Below, piece after piece: positions 41,766-63,198 of a stretch of DNA of 64,000 nucleotides; position 1 is the stretch's first letter; every line of letters begins with the position of its first letter. Position numbers and translations under genes: made by a program. The notes below the pieces were generated by a model. It ran no database searches and was not told the origin of the DNA. It saw only the letters and a program-made list of their open reading frames with translations. The DNA is from Macrostomum lignano. Lineage: Eukaryota. The stretch spans positions 62,001 to 126,000 of the forward strand of contig NIVC01002236.1 in the NCBI GenBank assembly GCA_002269645.1, written 5' to 3'.

Positions 41766-42524
41766 TGTGACCGGCGCCTACTAGCTTAGCTACTCATCTG
41801 AGCTATCGGCGAACAAAGAAATAAAACCGATAGAAATAACTGTCAGATTTAACCTTCTCACTGATTCACTTCACACCTCAGATTTAATTGGAGTTTCAGA
41901 CTACTAACAGTATTATTAAGTGATTTCTGCCTCAGCAACAGCACTACTGAACAAAATGAGCAAAAGTGTGCGCCTAATCCAGCTACTGAAATAGGTGAAA
42001 GATAAGGGATCACCCAATCAAGCAAGTCTAGGTAGCCTCTCACCCAACCAATCAGAAACTCAACAGCCGGAGACCAGGTAATCCACAGTGACCGAATCGG
42101 CTTAGTGCTTCGCAGCTGTAGACCCGGGATGATGCTGATGTCACAATCTTCGCAGATAGCTAGCAGGTGATGTTCTAATTTTGATGTTCGCTGCTGACGA
42201 CCGGGGGGATTCGTCCTTAATGATGATGGGGGAAGTCGCGATCCGGGGATCAAGAGACGACGGTCGCGTGTAGCAGCCGGGTGTCAGGTGACAAGTGACC
42301 GGCCAAGTTGAAGTCCGAGCGGGCCAAAAACGCCGGTTTTTATAGCCGCCAACTGGACCGCAATTTGTTATAATGAAACACCTCGACACTGATTGGCTGA
42401 GCCGATTTGTTATAACTGATGTCGAATTTTCTGATTGGCTGAGCTTGTTGCCAACCAAACTCACATGACCAGAAGATCCTATCAGTTCCCTCGGGGCCAT
42501 TAAAATACGCCAGGTGCTGTCATA
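41766..42524 (-). mobile_element. Possible solo LTR / promoter-bearing repeat
   Basis: Imperfect inverted termini TGTGAC...GTCATA. Two CAGCCAATCAG boxes (42443-42431, 42401-42389) upstream of TATAAAA (~42343-42337) on the minus strand. No TSD found. Confidence 0.3.
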
Positions 42525-43181
42525 AATCACTTAAAATCGCTACTAATGATTTATGACCTTTCGCGTAGGAGTGACAAAAATTAATGAAAAATATACATTA
42601 GAAAGATCTTATTAAGTAGAAAGTGAAGGTGGTGAGAGAAATCGCTAATCGCTAATCCCATAGTACTTTTAGGAGTAAAACGCATAGCTGTCAAAGCTGT
42701 CAAACGCTTGAGTGAACATGAACAATAGGCCCTGACCTCATAAATCTGATGGCCTGTCAAAGATGATGAGAAAAAAGCTACCGCCCGCATCCTCTCAAAC
42801 CATCTGGCGCCAGCCTCAGCACTGAGTGAGGCCCAGGTGGCTGTCAGACCAGCTCAAAAGCAATGATTTATGACCCCAAAAGCAGCAAAAACCGCGCCTA
42901 TGTTATTATGGCTACAAGTATGGGAGATTCATATAGCTACAAAAGTATGAATTCTAGAAAAGTTACATAAAAAGGAGAAAAATGCCCATAGCCTGCTGTT
43001 AGTAGGCTAGCAAGTTTGGAACCCATGCGCAAGCGTGAAATTTGGAAAAAAAGGTGCGTCCTCATCAACATTTTTAATATTAAGGGAAACTAACAGTCAT
43101 TAAATCTAGTGTACATAGATAATATATGTCTTTGGAGTATTGGAAAAGCAAACCGCGGCGGAATTAGGAATCAGCTTTACT

Positions 43182-43945
43182 AGGGGGTTTTCATTTTCAG
43201 CCCAAAAAATTATTATTGCTTTTGCAAAACGCAGATCCAGTGTTCATCTTTTGATATGTTTTACCATTCCTTTAGCTCTATTGAATATTATAATAAAGAT
43301 TTTATCTTAGAAAATTATGGTTTTAAGTTAATTAGGTAGTACGTTAAATGAAAGAGATGTAAAATTATGTGGTTCTAATTGGGTTCACTTTTGTTTTTAC
43401 AGTTTTCCGTATGGAAAAGTCAGGCTAGAATAAATACAAGCCGGGTGCTTTTTAATTATAGAAAAGATAAGATAATTTCATAGAAAATTCTAGAACTCGA
43501 GAATATTGAGCGCGGGAGTTTAAATGGCCGGCTAATATAGAATTTTGTTCTCGCAGAAATTTCTAGAAAGGTACATACGTACGTACATGCTTACATGTCC
43601 TGTGTCCTATCTAATAAGGCTTGGCACAGCTCGACTCATTCGCTTTATGAACCTATTTTATCATCTCTGCTACACATAATTGTTACATAATCAGCAAGGA
43701 ATGATAAAACATATTAATAAAACTACGGCTAATGAGTCCAGTCGTGCTATTTTTAGGTCAGGACATGTACGATTGTGCTCATGACATAAAAAATTAACAT
43801 GGAATCCACATTTTTTAATGGAAAGCTTTATGAATATCAATAGAACAATATGAAAGGTACAACATATCAAAAGACGAACATGGGGTCTACATGCCTCCTA
43901 TCAAAAGCAGTAACAATTTTTGTGCTGAAAAACTGAAAAAACCCT
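43182..43945. mobile_element. Foldback/MITE-like element with ~90-bp imperfect inverted repeats
   Basis: 43182-43269 pairs with 43850-43945 (for example ATCCAGTGTTCATCTTTTGATATG versus CATATCAAAAGACGAACATGGGGT). Confidence 0.6.
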
Positions 43946-44733
43946 GTTTCCGTAATGTATTTTTCAGAGAAACCCAGTTTCCCGTACCTATTCTACTTAA
44001 GTAGTCACTGATGCTTACTCTTTATAAATTCGTGGCTTCATATTTGAAAAAATGTTAAAAATATAAGTGACATTAACGATAAGAAAAATTTCAGTTGATT
44101 AAAAGCTTTAAAATGTCGGTAAAACCTATTCAAATTTAGTAAAATTTCTAGGGGATTCGTTAATAACAATTTTTTTAACACATACCACACGTTCAAATCA
44201 AAACATGTGGGTAATTTCTTGTAATAGTAAACAAAGTATTTGAATAAAATAAAAAACTGTGATTCAAAAACAGAATATGATCATTCATCACAAGGCCGGA
44301 AAATCTCTTTATCAGTTAGACAGTGTAGAGATCAAACGATAAGTTATTTACATGCATACTAGAAATAATGTATACAAATACTTAGATTTACATACAAGTA
44401 CATGCGATTTCAAAAATAGCTCGTAGTTCAGTTTAGGGCTCCAGAATAAAATAACCAAAGAATAACAAAAACCTACAGCTATCATTTTTGAAATGATTAA
44501 CTTGAATTTATATGATAGCATCTATCGATAAGGCTGACTTACAGAACGAACAGCCAGACAATAACTTTTCAGACATGAATGCTACGAAGAGGACCGAAAC
44601 AATAGCAACTGTTCATAATTGAACAGGAGATTCAAAACTAGACAAAAAGTCGCATAGTCATCCTTTTTGATGTAGAATCTTGTCGGCTTTATTTGCAAAT
44701 CGTTCTCGAACTAATTGTGCTCAGTGGCGAATT

Positions 44734-46408
44734 CTACACAGCGGTGATGTTGAAGTACTTGCTGGCTACGAGGCCGCTAGCGGTGCCGGTCGGTCCGAAC
44801 AGCAGGCAGTCTCTGGATCCGGAAATGACCAGAGCGAAGAGGCAGTTTGGCTGCAGGTTCATGCACCAGATCAGACATTCCATGTTAGACCTGAGCTGCC
44901 GCTGAGCCAGCAGGACGCTGGTGCCAGCAGTCAGGCTGAGCTGAGCATTTCTGTTGTAGAGAAGCGTGCCATTCGCCACTGCAGTGGAGTTTGAGTTTGG
45001 TAAGCATCTCTCACATCTTACCGGTAAGTGTAGCTGCAGCGTTTGAATTAAGAAAAAAAATCACTTACGAGCGAAAACGTCGATTTCGTATATGTGAATG
45101 TATTTAAGGTTATCGTCAGTAATTCCCGTGACATTCATGTACATGGTGAGGTACCTGCCGGCAACAGGCTGCGTGCAGGTGATGTTGATTGGGTTTTCCT
45201 CAGCAGTTGGAACCTGTGTGTAGTAGTAGCAAATGTCGAATAGGTCCTTGTTGAATGTTGTCCACACAGAGGGGTTATTGGTGACGCCTGCATGTAAGAA
45301 GTGTATCAACAGCGATACAAAGTGTGAGCATACTGCTGAATAATGATGCTATAAGACGCATGGTGATTCAACGGTTTCCCGCAACAGGGGCGTCGCCCTA
45401 AATGGGTTTGGCCGTCTTGTTTGTTTGCGGGAAACATCACAAACCGATAAGACAAAATAGACGTCAATCCATTTTACTTTACAAATTCGCTTTTGCTTCG
45501 AATTCTTTGGAACATGCGTACATGTACGAGCGTACATGAATATACAATTAATAAGTTAGCTTCTAAAAGATTGTACTTTACTACGCGTATATGTATATGT
45601 AAATATCCGCAGAAAAAAGACGAAAGTGCATACCAAATTAGATTTGCGTAAATCGATGCGCCCACTCGTCGCGCCGGTTGTAAATTCGGGCGCTAAAGAT
45701 GACGTAAGACTGCTCCAGGTCCAGCATTAGCCAGGGTTGCGGATCCAAACTATTGGTGTGAACCAGTAGTGTTGCATTGATGATGCCATCGTTGATAGCA
45801 ATCGGTTGTGCAGTTCCCGGGCCTATGGAGGAAGCTTTCACAGACTTGTTCTTGGGCACTTGAACCAGCTCGAACCCTGACGCATTGATTTCAGCAGGAA
45901 GAACATGCACCGAAGCATAAATAAGATAAAATTATTTGCAACGTACATGTAGTTCACGAGCTCAAGAGGCTCAGAAAACAAAAAGGGTACTGAATCTCTA
46001 CAAATTGATCTGCCATGATTTTAACATGATCCAACTATGATCTGACGTGAGATTAATGAGGCCAACCCCCAAGGCACAGAGAGTGTACATGCCTGACGAT
46101 TAGAAAGTCGGAGCCGCTGTACACCCTGTGTGAGCTTGTTTGTGCTCAACAGGAGTCAGCGGAATGGTCAAAACTGCCTCAGCTCTGGTTATCGGACGAA
46201 GTCGCCGAAGGTGAATTTCACTCGTATGTAACTGTGATCTACCGAAATTCAATAATTATACTACTTTCATCCAATTGAAATGTATGAAATTTTGTTAAGG
46301 CCTGTGTACCTGCAAGGATGTAGCATTTTTCTCACCTCTAGCGGTCACGATAAGACAGCACAGCAGAATCGCGATTTGAAAGAGTTCATTGGAGATTTTT
46401 AAAAGCAT
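44734..46408 (-). pseudogene. F-type lectin + PAN/apple-like gene, copy C (intact except one premature TAA)
   Basis: Signal exon 46408-46336 (MLLKISNELFQIAILLCCLIVTARG). Exon 45876-45634 has H-x27-RRD-x4-R and TAA at 45638-45640, 5 nt before the donor. Then exon 45287-45069, a candidate 12-nt exon 45033-45022, and the PAN-like exon 44978-44734. All introns are phase 1. Confidence 0.8.
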
Positions 46409-46958
46409 GTCGCTTGCAGAAATTGGGGCCCAGTATGCTTGAAGGTATCTCCGGGTTCTTAAACTCTGGTGGCTCACTTTTGTCAGCTTTCACGCAGCTG
46501 AATTTCTATATAGCTTAGCTGCTGTTGTTCTGCTATTCTCACCTGGTTGTCAAGGCTACGCATTGTAAATTTCATGCAAGAAGCAATTCAGCTACTCTTA
46601 CTGGCTGCCCGCGGCCCTGGCGCCTCCTGCTGCCTAATGGGAGGCTGCTTGCACAGCTGGCTGTACGCAGTCAGTAAGAAGCTGAGGCCTGTCTGGTTTC
46701 ACAGAAAAGAAGAGCCGAGAGACGAGCTGGAAATCCTACCGGTAAGCCTCGTGTTTTAATTGTCAATTATTCATGGAGTTTGGAAGCGGGCGTATTCACA
46801 CAGACTATAGCGAAGTCGCGCGTAGAGAAGTGAAACAACAATTCATTCCATTTTCAAGCCTGAGTTAGAGCTGACAAATGTCAATGCAGTATCTTGATTT
46901 TCATCATCGATTCTACTAAATATGGCAATTAAGTTATCAGATCTTTTATAGAGGTTGC

Positions 46959-47269
46959 GTGCACCCTGGCGCACTTTAAGCGACATTAGGCACACAACCG
47001 GCGAGAGGCATTACTGCCCATTCCGCCGACTCCCCTGAGCAGGCGCACAAGCGCGCGGATACGTACGCAGTCATACGCACAGGCACACACTCACACAGGA
47101 GTGTACAGCGGCCCTAACTTTATTTTATCGTTAGGCATGTACACTTCACTGTGCCTTGGGGGGGTTGGCTCTCAAGGCCGTTAATTGCACGAGCAGAGCC
47201 AAGGCGAGATTCCAATTCAGCCCCAAATTAATGTGACTGCACTTGGAATCGAGCCTGGGCCGCTGGCAC
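46959..47269 (+). repeat. Dispersed ~310-bp repeat, uninterrupted copy
   Basis: Matches 19525-19833 (inverted) and 27871-28350. Confidence 0.85.
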
Positions 47270-50200
47270 ACCAGAGCCTGCGCTAGACCGCTGGACTACG
47301 GCCCCCCGTTACCAGATTTTAACTTTTCGTATCATTTTAAAGCTGCTGAATTACTTAATTCTCTATTGACTATGCATTTCAAAGAAAAACATGCAATTAT
47401 GAGTACTTATTGAGCTTAGCAAACATGTGAATCAATCTTAGAATCGATTTTTAATGTCCATTATAGCTTGCCCCAGCTTGTGATATAGAAGAAGTTTAGT
47501 AGGCCGGTATAATTGGTTATACATAGCTGCAGTAGTGGCTCGCCAGCTGGCTTCATCAATAATTCCCAGGATTACCTGCCAAGGCTTTCCCGTCATTGCA
47601 CTATAACAGTTTCCCATAATGCATTTTTTAAAGAAAGCTCCTGAAAATGTTGGGCCATAGCGACGCTGCTCAACGCCGCTCTAAAAACTGCAGTTGAAGA
47701 GGCAGAGAAGAGAAGTATGTACAGTACAAAGCACGGAAACTCGGCCGTATATAGAACTTCATCGCCTGCTAATTGGCAGTAGCTCAGTGCAAGTTAAGAC
47801 AAAGATGGAACAGAAGCTGGAAGCCGGAGCCTTTAGAGAGAAAGAAATGATGAAGTTTATTATAAATTAATTAAGTGGCTGGAATACTTGCGTCAGGCGA
47901 AAAAGGTGCATGGCGAGTCAGAGTCTGTAGAGACTGTAGAGCTAATCTGTAATTACTTGCAAATATGCAGCAGGAGTGATGGCTGCGAGAGGCTGAGACT
48001 GACAACTATAAGACCGTAATCCGTAATACTGTGAGCAATACTTTGAAAGACAATTAAGGCCTTTTAAAGAACCTACAAAATGAGATGACACAGATTCAAA
48101 TTCTCGAGGCAACCTCTTGTTTGCCCAAGGCCTATCTATGAAACTGCGTGGGAGCTTGCAGGGATACCTGGTATGTATATATAGAGGCCGAAGGAGTGAC
48201 TTGTGTAAATTAATGCCAATCGATTCCATACATTGCAATTATTAAGGAAATGTAACCATACAAACAGCAGCTGCTGCAAGTACCATTTTTGATAGACAAA
48301 AGGCAAACACAAAGACCATGGATGATCGATGAGCCATCCAACCTTGTAGAAAGATTTACAGTAGACTGCTCCGTATATCGATTCTATAAAAGCAAATGGA
48401 GTCCCAAAAAATTACATTGTGTATCTTAGCAACAGTAGAGATCGTTGCAGTGGCGAGATTAAGGCGCCCTGCCCTGCTGTCAAGACTCATGGTTTTACAT
48501 ATATAGCATGAAATCCAATTTCTTTATACGTACATATGTATAATATAGAAAATATCCGTAGAGATACTTAGCCCAAACAAATTAGATTACATAATAGTGT
48601 TACATATATGAATGGACATGTTGCGTGAAAACAAATTAGGACCACTGAGAACTTCTAGTGGTGCTTGCATATCTGGGCATATGGTACATGTATATATTTT
48701 TGTGTGTTCTAGCCCGATCATTTTTTACACTAATTCGATGAGCATCTGAGACAGCTAGTTGAGCTGTGATTGAAAGCCGCATGATATTTTCAGCCATTTT
48801 CCCTAATCCATGAGTTGATTCTTGAGTTGAGTTGAGTTGTTCTTGAGTTGTAGGTTCCCAAAAGGATGGTGAACTCAACAATGGCGGAGTAGATTTGTAG
48901 CGGTAGCACTTGGCAAATCAGCGGCAAGATAAGTAAGGGTCGCAAGTCGCAACTTGTTTATTGTAATTGTCAATATAGGTTAATACAGAGGCTATAGCAC
49001 GCGGGGCGCTGGCGGCTGCAACAATGGGTTTGAATTTAATAGATTAAGTAGGGTGATGAGCAGATTGATGAAGGTGACGCAAATAGTAGAGCGATGGCGA
49101 TGAGTAGACAGTGGTGGCAGCCTTCGGTGGCAATGCAAACTGGCAGGCAGGAAAGTAGCGTAGTAGGGCCTAGCGAAGGCGGCTAGCCCATGGTGGCGTG
49201 AGACAGAGAGAGACGAGAAAGCGTAAACAAGTCTGGCCCAGACGGAGCGGGGCCGTGGCGAGAGATAAAGAGAGAAGGAGAGCACGAAGGAGCGGGGAAA
49301 AGCAAAAACAGAAAGTATCGATCACGTGAAGACCCTACAGGCGTACGCAAGGATTACAAATGTACGTAATGATTAGCAATTGATACAGATTCGTTGGGCG
49401 CTACTACAAGTAAATGTGCGCATACAAGATTGGAGAATGTTAATTAATGAGAAATTGTAGTCCAACGGCCCTTTTGCGGGACCACTTTAAACTGACAACG
49501 TCACATATACCATGATATATGTGCATGGTATATACATAATTGGACGAGTTAGGTGTGCTGCAGTTACGTGTGCATTTATGTACATTACATCGTAAATATG
49601 TACACGTACAGGTGTATTACAAAGAACCATGCACGGACCACTATAGGTAACCGTTGTACAACGGTGTGGTCCTTGCAAAGAACTCTTACATATATATGTA
49701 ACTTATATAAATTTGCTCTTGCGTCCATAACTGTTAAAAATACATGCAAATGCACATTCGGTGAATTACGGTCATCCATTTCTCAGAAAAGGATCAAAAT
49801 AACGAAAAGTTAAATGCAAAATGCATAATGATCTGTATTATGTCATGTACACATACATGTAAAGAACTTCGTTTTATAATATCTTTAAAGTATGACTTCA
49901 CGCAAAGACATCACTACAGTTCAGATAGGCAATTTTGTTTCTAGCTAGCACATAAATAGACAGCATTTTTTGATACAACTTGCCTTTTTATTGTTATGTA
50001 CATTTATGGTATGAAATTTCTTACGGTTTGCAAATAAAATGTAAGTTCGGGTTTTAATAACGGTTTTAACAACATGTTTTACAACATATAAAAATAGATT
50101 TTAAAACTGTACTATTTAGCCTGTAGACAATAAAGATTTTGTTTTTTATTTTAATTATTATGAATATATTATTTTAATTAAAATTAAAAAAGTAATATAA

Positions 50201-50358
50201 AAACGTCAAACTGGCACGTGTCGCGAAGCCAGCCGCCGCTCTTCCGACTGTGTTTGTTAGCGCGCCTGTCGCCCGATAACAATTCTAACAGCTGTCCTGT
50301 CTGTTTGTAACCGGCTCAGTCTCACCGTCTGGAAAAAGCTTTATAACTATATCTAATA

Positions 50359-60118
<9,760 letters not shown>

Positions 60119-60889
60119 GTGGAGTAAACTACAAATTTCTACGGTTCAAACAAAAAACTAACTATACGCTATTTTTGCTACTGACCATAAAGTAAGTAGT
60201 GTAGTTTGGACATTTATTTAATTTATATAAAAATTATTTTTCGACCCAATTTTATTTGCTACAAAAGCATTTTTGCGCAATTAGTTTTTTTGCAAATATA
60301 TGCTACTGCAAAGTGAGTAATATGCCGTGTTCAAACCTTTAGTTATTTTTCTATTTGTCTTTTTCACTTTTTTATGTTTGCAACAAGTTCGCGTACGTAT
60401 GTTTCGCGTCTCTCTGCTCACATATTTTTGTCCGCAGGCAGCTAAATTAGACCTTGAGCATGCGCTATACTGATTTCAGTAGACACTCTGGTAACAGGGG
60501 TGTAATGTCTGATCAATACGGCTCACTCTTGGTTGTAATTGTATATAGCATTTTTATTCATTCTATAAAAATTGTACTAATATCAACGCTATTTTTATTT
60601 CCTTTTTATACTAACTGGCATTTTAATGCAATGGTGCAATTTCGTATTTATTCAATTCTCTCAATTTATGCTTTTTAAGCTGCCCCCGTAATGTAACTGT
60701 GTTGTAAAACTCGACTGTGTCTCGACTTAATTGATCAAATAAGCGTTGGTTTTTATTAACAAATTGAAATACATTGTTGGCATGCAGTTCGCCACCTTGA
60801 CCTTGTGTAGGCCGCAATTCGAATCGAATGTACCGAATAATTTTTGTTTGAGTGTGTATTGATGCTTGAGTGTGTTTTGTTTATTTTTA

Positions 60890-62800
60890 GTGAAACCGAG
60901 CTAAGAAATCTGATCTGCGTGTTTCTTAGAATCTCAATCAACTGTCCTGTTTTCCTAGAAACAGTCCTTCTGGTTTCTTAGAAACTCGATCAATTTTCTT
61001 GTTTTCCTAGAAACAATCCTTCTGGTTTCTTAGAATCTCAATCAACTGTCTTGTTTTCCTAGAAACAGTCCTTCTGGTTTGTTAGAAACTCGATCAATTT
61101 TCTTGTTTTCCTAGAAACAGTCCTTCTGGTTTGTTAGAAACTCGATCAATTTTCTTGTTTTCCTAGAAACAGTCCTTATGGTTTCTTAGAAACTCGATCA
61201 ATTTTCTTGTTTTCCTAGACACAGTCCTTCTGGTTTGTTAGAAACTCGATCAATTTTCTTGTTTTCCTAGAAACAGTCCTTATGGTTTCTTAGAAACTCG
61301 GTCAATTTTCTTGTTTTCCTAGAAACAATCCTTCTGGTTTCTTAGAATCTCAATCAACTGTCTTGTTTTCCTAGAAACAGTCCTTCTGGTTTCTTAGAAT
61401 CTCAATCAACTGTCTTGTTTTCCTAGAAACAGTCCTTCTGGTTTGTTAGAAACTCGATCAATTTTCTTGTTTTCCTAGAAACAGTCCTTCTGGTTTGTTA
61501 GAAACTCGATCAATTTTCTTGTTTTCCTAGAAACAGTCCTTCTGGTTTCTTAGAAACTCGATCAATTTTCTTGTTTTCCTAGACACAGTCCTTCTGGTTT
61601 GTTAGAAACTCGATCAATTTTCTTGTTTTCCTAGAAACAGTCCTTATGGTTTCTTAGAAACTCGATCAATTTTCTTGTTTTCCTAGAAACAATCCTTCTG
61701 GTTTCTTAGAATCTCAATCAACTGTCTTGTTTTCCTAGAAACAGTCCTTCTGGTTTGTTAGAAACTCGATCAATTTTCTTGTTTTCCTAGAAACAGTCCT
61801 TCTGGTTTGTTAGAAACTCGATCAATTTTCTTGTTTTCCTAGAAACAGTCCTTCTGGTTTCTTAGAAACTCGATCAATTTTCTTGTTTTCCTAGACACAG
61901 TCCTTCTGGTTTGTTAGAAACTCGATCAATTTTCTTGTTTTCCTAGAAACAGTCCTTATGGTTTCTTAGAAACTCGATCAATTTTCTTGTTTTCCTAGAA
62001 ACAATCCTTCTGGTTTCTTAGAATCTCAATCAACTGTCTTGTTTTCCTAGAAACAGTCCTTCTGGTTTGTTAGAAACTCGATCAATTTTCTTGTTTTCCT
62101 AGAAACAGTCCTTCTGGTTTGTTAGAAACTCGATCAATTTTCTTGTTTTCCTAGAAACAGTCCTTCTGGTTTGTTAGAAACTCGATCAATTTTCTTGTTT
62201 TCCTAGAAACAGTCCTTCTGGTTTCTTAGAAACTCGATCAATTTTCTTGTTTTCCTAGACACAGTCCTTCTGGTTTGTTAGAAACTCGATCAATTTTCTT
62301 GTTTTCCTAGAAACAGTCCTTATGGTTTCTTAGAAACTCGATCAATTTTCTTGTTTTCCTAGAAACAATCCTTCTGGTTTCTTAGAATCTCAATCAACTG
62401 TCTTGTTTTCCTAGAAACAGTCCTTCTGGTTTCTTAGAAACTCAATCAGCTCCCTTGTTTTCCTAGAAACAATCCTGGTTTCTTAAAAACCCAATCCGCC
62501 ATTTTCTAGAAACTCAATCGCTATTTCTTAGAAACTGAATCCGCCCTTTCCTAGAAACTTAATCTGCCGTTTCCTAGAAACTAATACCACCCCTTTCTAC
62601 TTGTAGAACTAACCCCACCTTTTCTAAAAGCTAATCCCACCCTTTTCCAGAAACTACTTAGCCCCTTTCCTAGAAACTAATCCTACCATTTTCCTAGACA
62701 CTATTTCACCCTTTCCTAGAAACTAAATCTGCTTCTTTCCAAAAAACGAATCCTACTCTTTTCTAGAAACTAATCCCTCCCTTTCCTAGAAACCAATCCG
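60890..62800. repeat. 52-bp satellite (TTGTTTTCCTAGAAACAGTCCTTCTGGTTTGTTAGAAACTCGATCAATTTTC) with degenerate right flank
   Basis: About 30 units to ~62480, then degenerate TTTCCTAGAAAC units. Confidence 0.94.
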
Positions 62801-63198
62801 CGCCTTTTCTTAAATTATTTCTTATTTCTTACTTTTCTTAAAGTATATATAAGTAGTATCGGCAGCGCATGAAATGGTGCATAATAATAACAATTGCACC
62901 ATTCTAACGCACTTATTATTCACCGTTAAAGTGCAATGATTCCAGCGTAGACCTTGCGGCGTGAGAACACGAAAAGAATGTGGCGCCACGCTGTACAGTG
63001 TTGCTATTTTTAGACTGGGCTTGACAAGATTTTCCTATGCAGTTTAGGCCGGTGACCTAAGAGAGCAATTTTTAGAATCCAATTGGGTAGGGAATGCACT
63101 TTGACTTGTAATATAAATAGCTTGAATTTTTTCAACTCTCGCATCTTTCTCTCGCTTCTTTTACTTTGAAAATATTCTCTTAGTAAAGGCACGAAGAC

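Noticed and set aside
47700-48430. Stretches that read like decayed coding sequence (RNDEVYYKLIKWLEYLRQAKK...; QQLLQVPFLIDKRQ...)
   Set aside because: Many stops and no recognisable domain; a product cannot be assigned without a database search
48896-49339. Possible solo LTR (TGTAG...CTACA)
   Set aside because: No target-site duplication, PBS or PPT, and no second copy in the window
60890-62480. CRISPR-like regular arrays (also the 39-42-bp arrays)
   Set aside because: The units are contiguous with no unique spacers, there are no cas genes, and the context is eukaryotic
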